From Hydrurus foetidus (taxonomy: Eukaryota): a stretch of 64,000 nt of DNA. Under the pieces are notes generated by a model that made no database searches, had not been told where the DNA came from, and saw only the letters and a program-made list of their open reading frames with translations. The stretch spans positions 4,340,001 through 4,404,000 of the forward strand of contig UYFQ01000001.1 of assembly GCA_900617105.1 (NCBI GenBank), in the 5' to 3' direction. The translations under genes were made by a program, and so were the position numbers. This document shows, piece by piece, positions 62,969-64,000 of the stretch. Each line of letters starts with the position of its first letter. Position 1 is the stretch's first letter.

Positions 62969-63214
62969 ATGAGCAGCTACGCCCTTCGCCTTCCAGAGTC
63001 CCTTAAAAGCGCCTCGAGGCGCATTGCCGCCGCAGACGACACCACCATGAACCAGCTTTTCGTTGTCGCCATTGCCGAAAAAATCAGCGCCATGGAAACG
63101 GCCGACTTCTTTGAGCGCCGCAGCGCGAATGCATCCAGATCCAAAGCAGACAAAGTCTGGGCCAAGGTAGGTCATAAAAACGTCATACCAGAGGACCGCT
63201 GGACAAAGTTTTGA
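62969..63214 (+). CDS. RHH-type antitoxin, paralog of 44664-44909
   Basis: YALRLPESL..TMNQLFVVAIAEKISA. Confidence 0.82.
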   Translation: MSSYALRLPESLKSASRRIAAADDTTMNQLFVVAIAEKISAMETADFFERRSANASRSKADKVWAKVGHKNVIPEDRWTKF

Positions 63215-63272
63215 ACAGATAAGGTTGCCCCAACTCGCGGCTCGGGTTTCATGCCACCCGATTTGTAAATAG

Positions 63273-63836
63273 CTACTTGGCCACCGCCGCCAAAAACTCA
63301 TCACTGTCAAAACCATTCTTCATGTGGTGCCCCTTGACCACCAGGTACGGCACAGCGGTTTTGGGGTCCAACGCTTGCAGCTGCGCCAGGCAACTGCTGT
63401 CCTTGTCAATCTCGCATATTTCAGCCTTGAACCCTTGCTGCGCCAGCCAGCCCTTGGCCTGCGTGCAGTACGGACACCAGGTGGCGCTGTACATCACCAC
63501 ATCACTAGCCTGCGTGCTGGCCGCAAGCTGGGCAATCTGTGCCGTGGTGGGGTTGGCGGTGGCTGCTGTGCTGGTGCGCGCGCCGGAATAGTTCAATCCC
63601 AACCAGGCGCCCTGCACCACCATGTAAACCGCAAACAACTTGCCCCAAGGCACTTGACTAAGCAGCCCGCCGCCACTGCCACTGGCCCGCGCGGCATGCG
63701 CCCGCTGCACCGAAGGCAAAGCCGCCGAGCCACCCCCCGCTTTGGCATAAGCCACCCCGCAAGCAGGGCACTGCCAGTCGGGGACAACGGCGTTCGAGGG
63801 GCGAACTGTGCGGCATTTGGGGCAAATGGTGGGCAT
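63273..63836 (-). CDS. Zn-ribbon + TM + glutaredoxin-like protein
   Basis: CPKC/CPAC pair, hydrophobic segment, WCPYC. Confidence 0.8.
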   Translation of the reverse strand: MPTICPKCRTVRPSNAVVPDWQCPACGVAYAKAGGGSAALPSVQRAHAARASGSGGGLLSQVPWGKLFAVYMVVQGAWLGLNYSGARTSTAATANPTTAQIAQLAASTQASDVVMYSATWCPYCTQAKGWLAQQGFKAEICEIDKDSSCLAQLQALDPKTAVPYLVVKGHHMKNGFDSDEFLAAVAK

Positions 63837-63859
63837 GGGGTTATTTGCAAAAAGCCTGC

Positions 63860-64000
63860 TTAAACGTCAATTTCAAAGCCATACAGGCTGATGCCGCCTT
63901 CAACGCCAATCGGACCGCGGCTGACATACTTGCGAGTGCTGGCGTCGTAATAACGGCGGTCGTTGTAGTGCAGGCCCGTTTCACTGTCAAAGTACTAGCC
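63860..64000 (-). pseudogene. RHS repeat-associated core remnant
   Basis: Manual translation G*YFDSETGLHYNDRRYYDASTRKYVSRGPIGVEGGISLYGFEIDV*. Confidence 0.85.

Noticed and set aside
1..64000. CRISPR array, tRNA or rRNA genes
   Set aside because: The repeats are dispersed rather than regularly spaced with unique spacers; no cas genes or structural RNA genes were recognised.

Overview
A 64-kb chromosomal window from a betaproteobacterium. Gene order and protein style suggest Comamonadaceae, Polaromonas-like (inference). The backbone is lepA-lepB-rnc-era-recO-pdxJ-acpS-nagZ, then lysS, then accD-trpABF-truA-fimV-asd-leuBDC. Interspersed accessory genes include an osmoprotectant ABC set lacking its ATPase, a nitrilase with an AraC regulator, serC, an SOS-boxed ORF6N gene, nirK with an FNR-type box, alkB, a 14-gene nonulosonic-acid glycan cluster, several toxin-antitoxin modules, an IS4-family element and an RHS remnant. 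The most striking unexplained structure is a ~48-bp REP-like family. It occurs at 14 intergenic loci and also in-frame inside four intact genes (pdxJ, asnB twice, trpF, a LysR regulator), apparently overwriting native codons. Other highlights: an aspartate-family leader peptide and a ~150-bp palindromic element ahead of asd, a coding palindrome of the ORF6N gene duplicated upstream, a duplicated trpA 3' end bracketing higBA, and GGGGTCAG..GTCTTGCAA repeats bracketing orphan genes. All calls are by-eye recognition; no searches were run.
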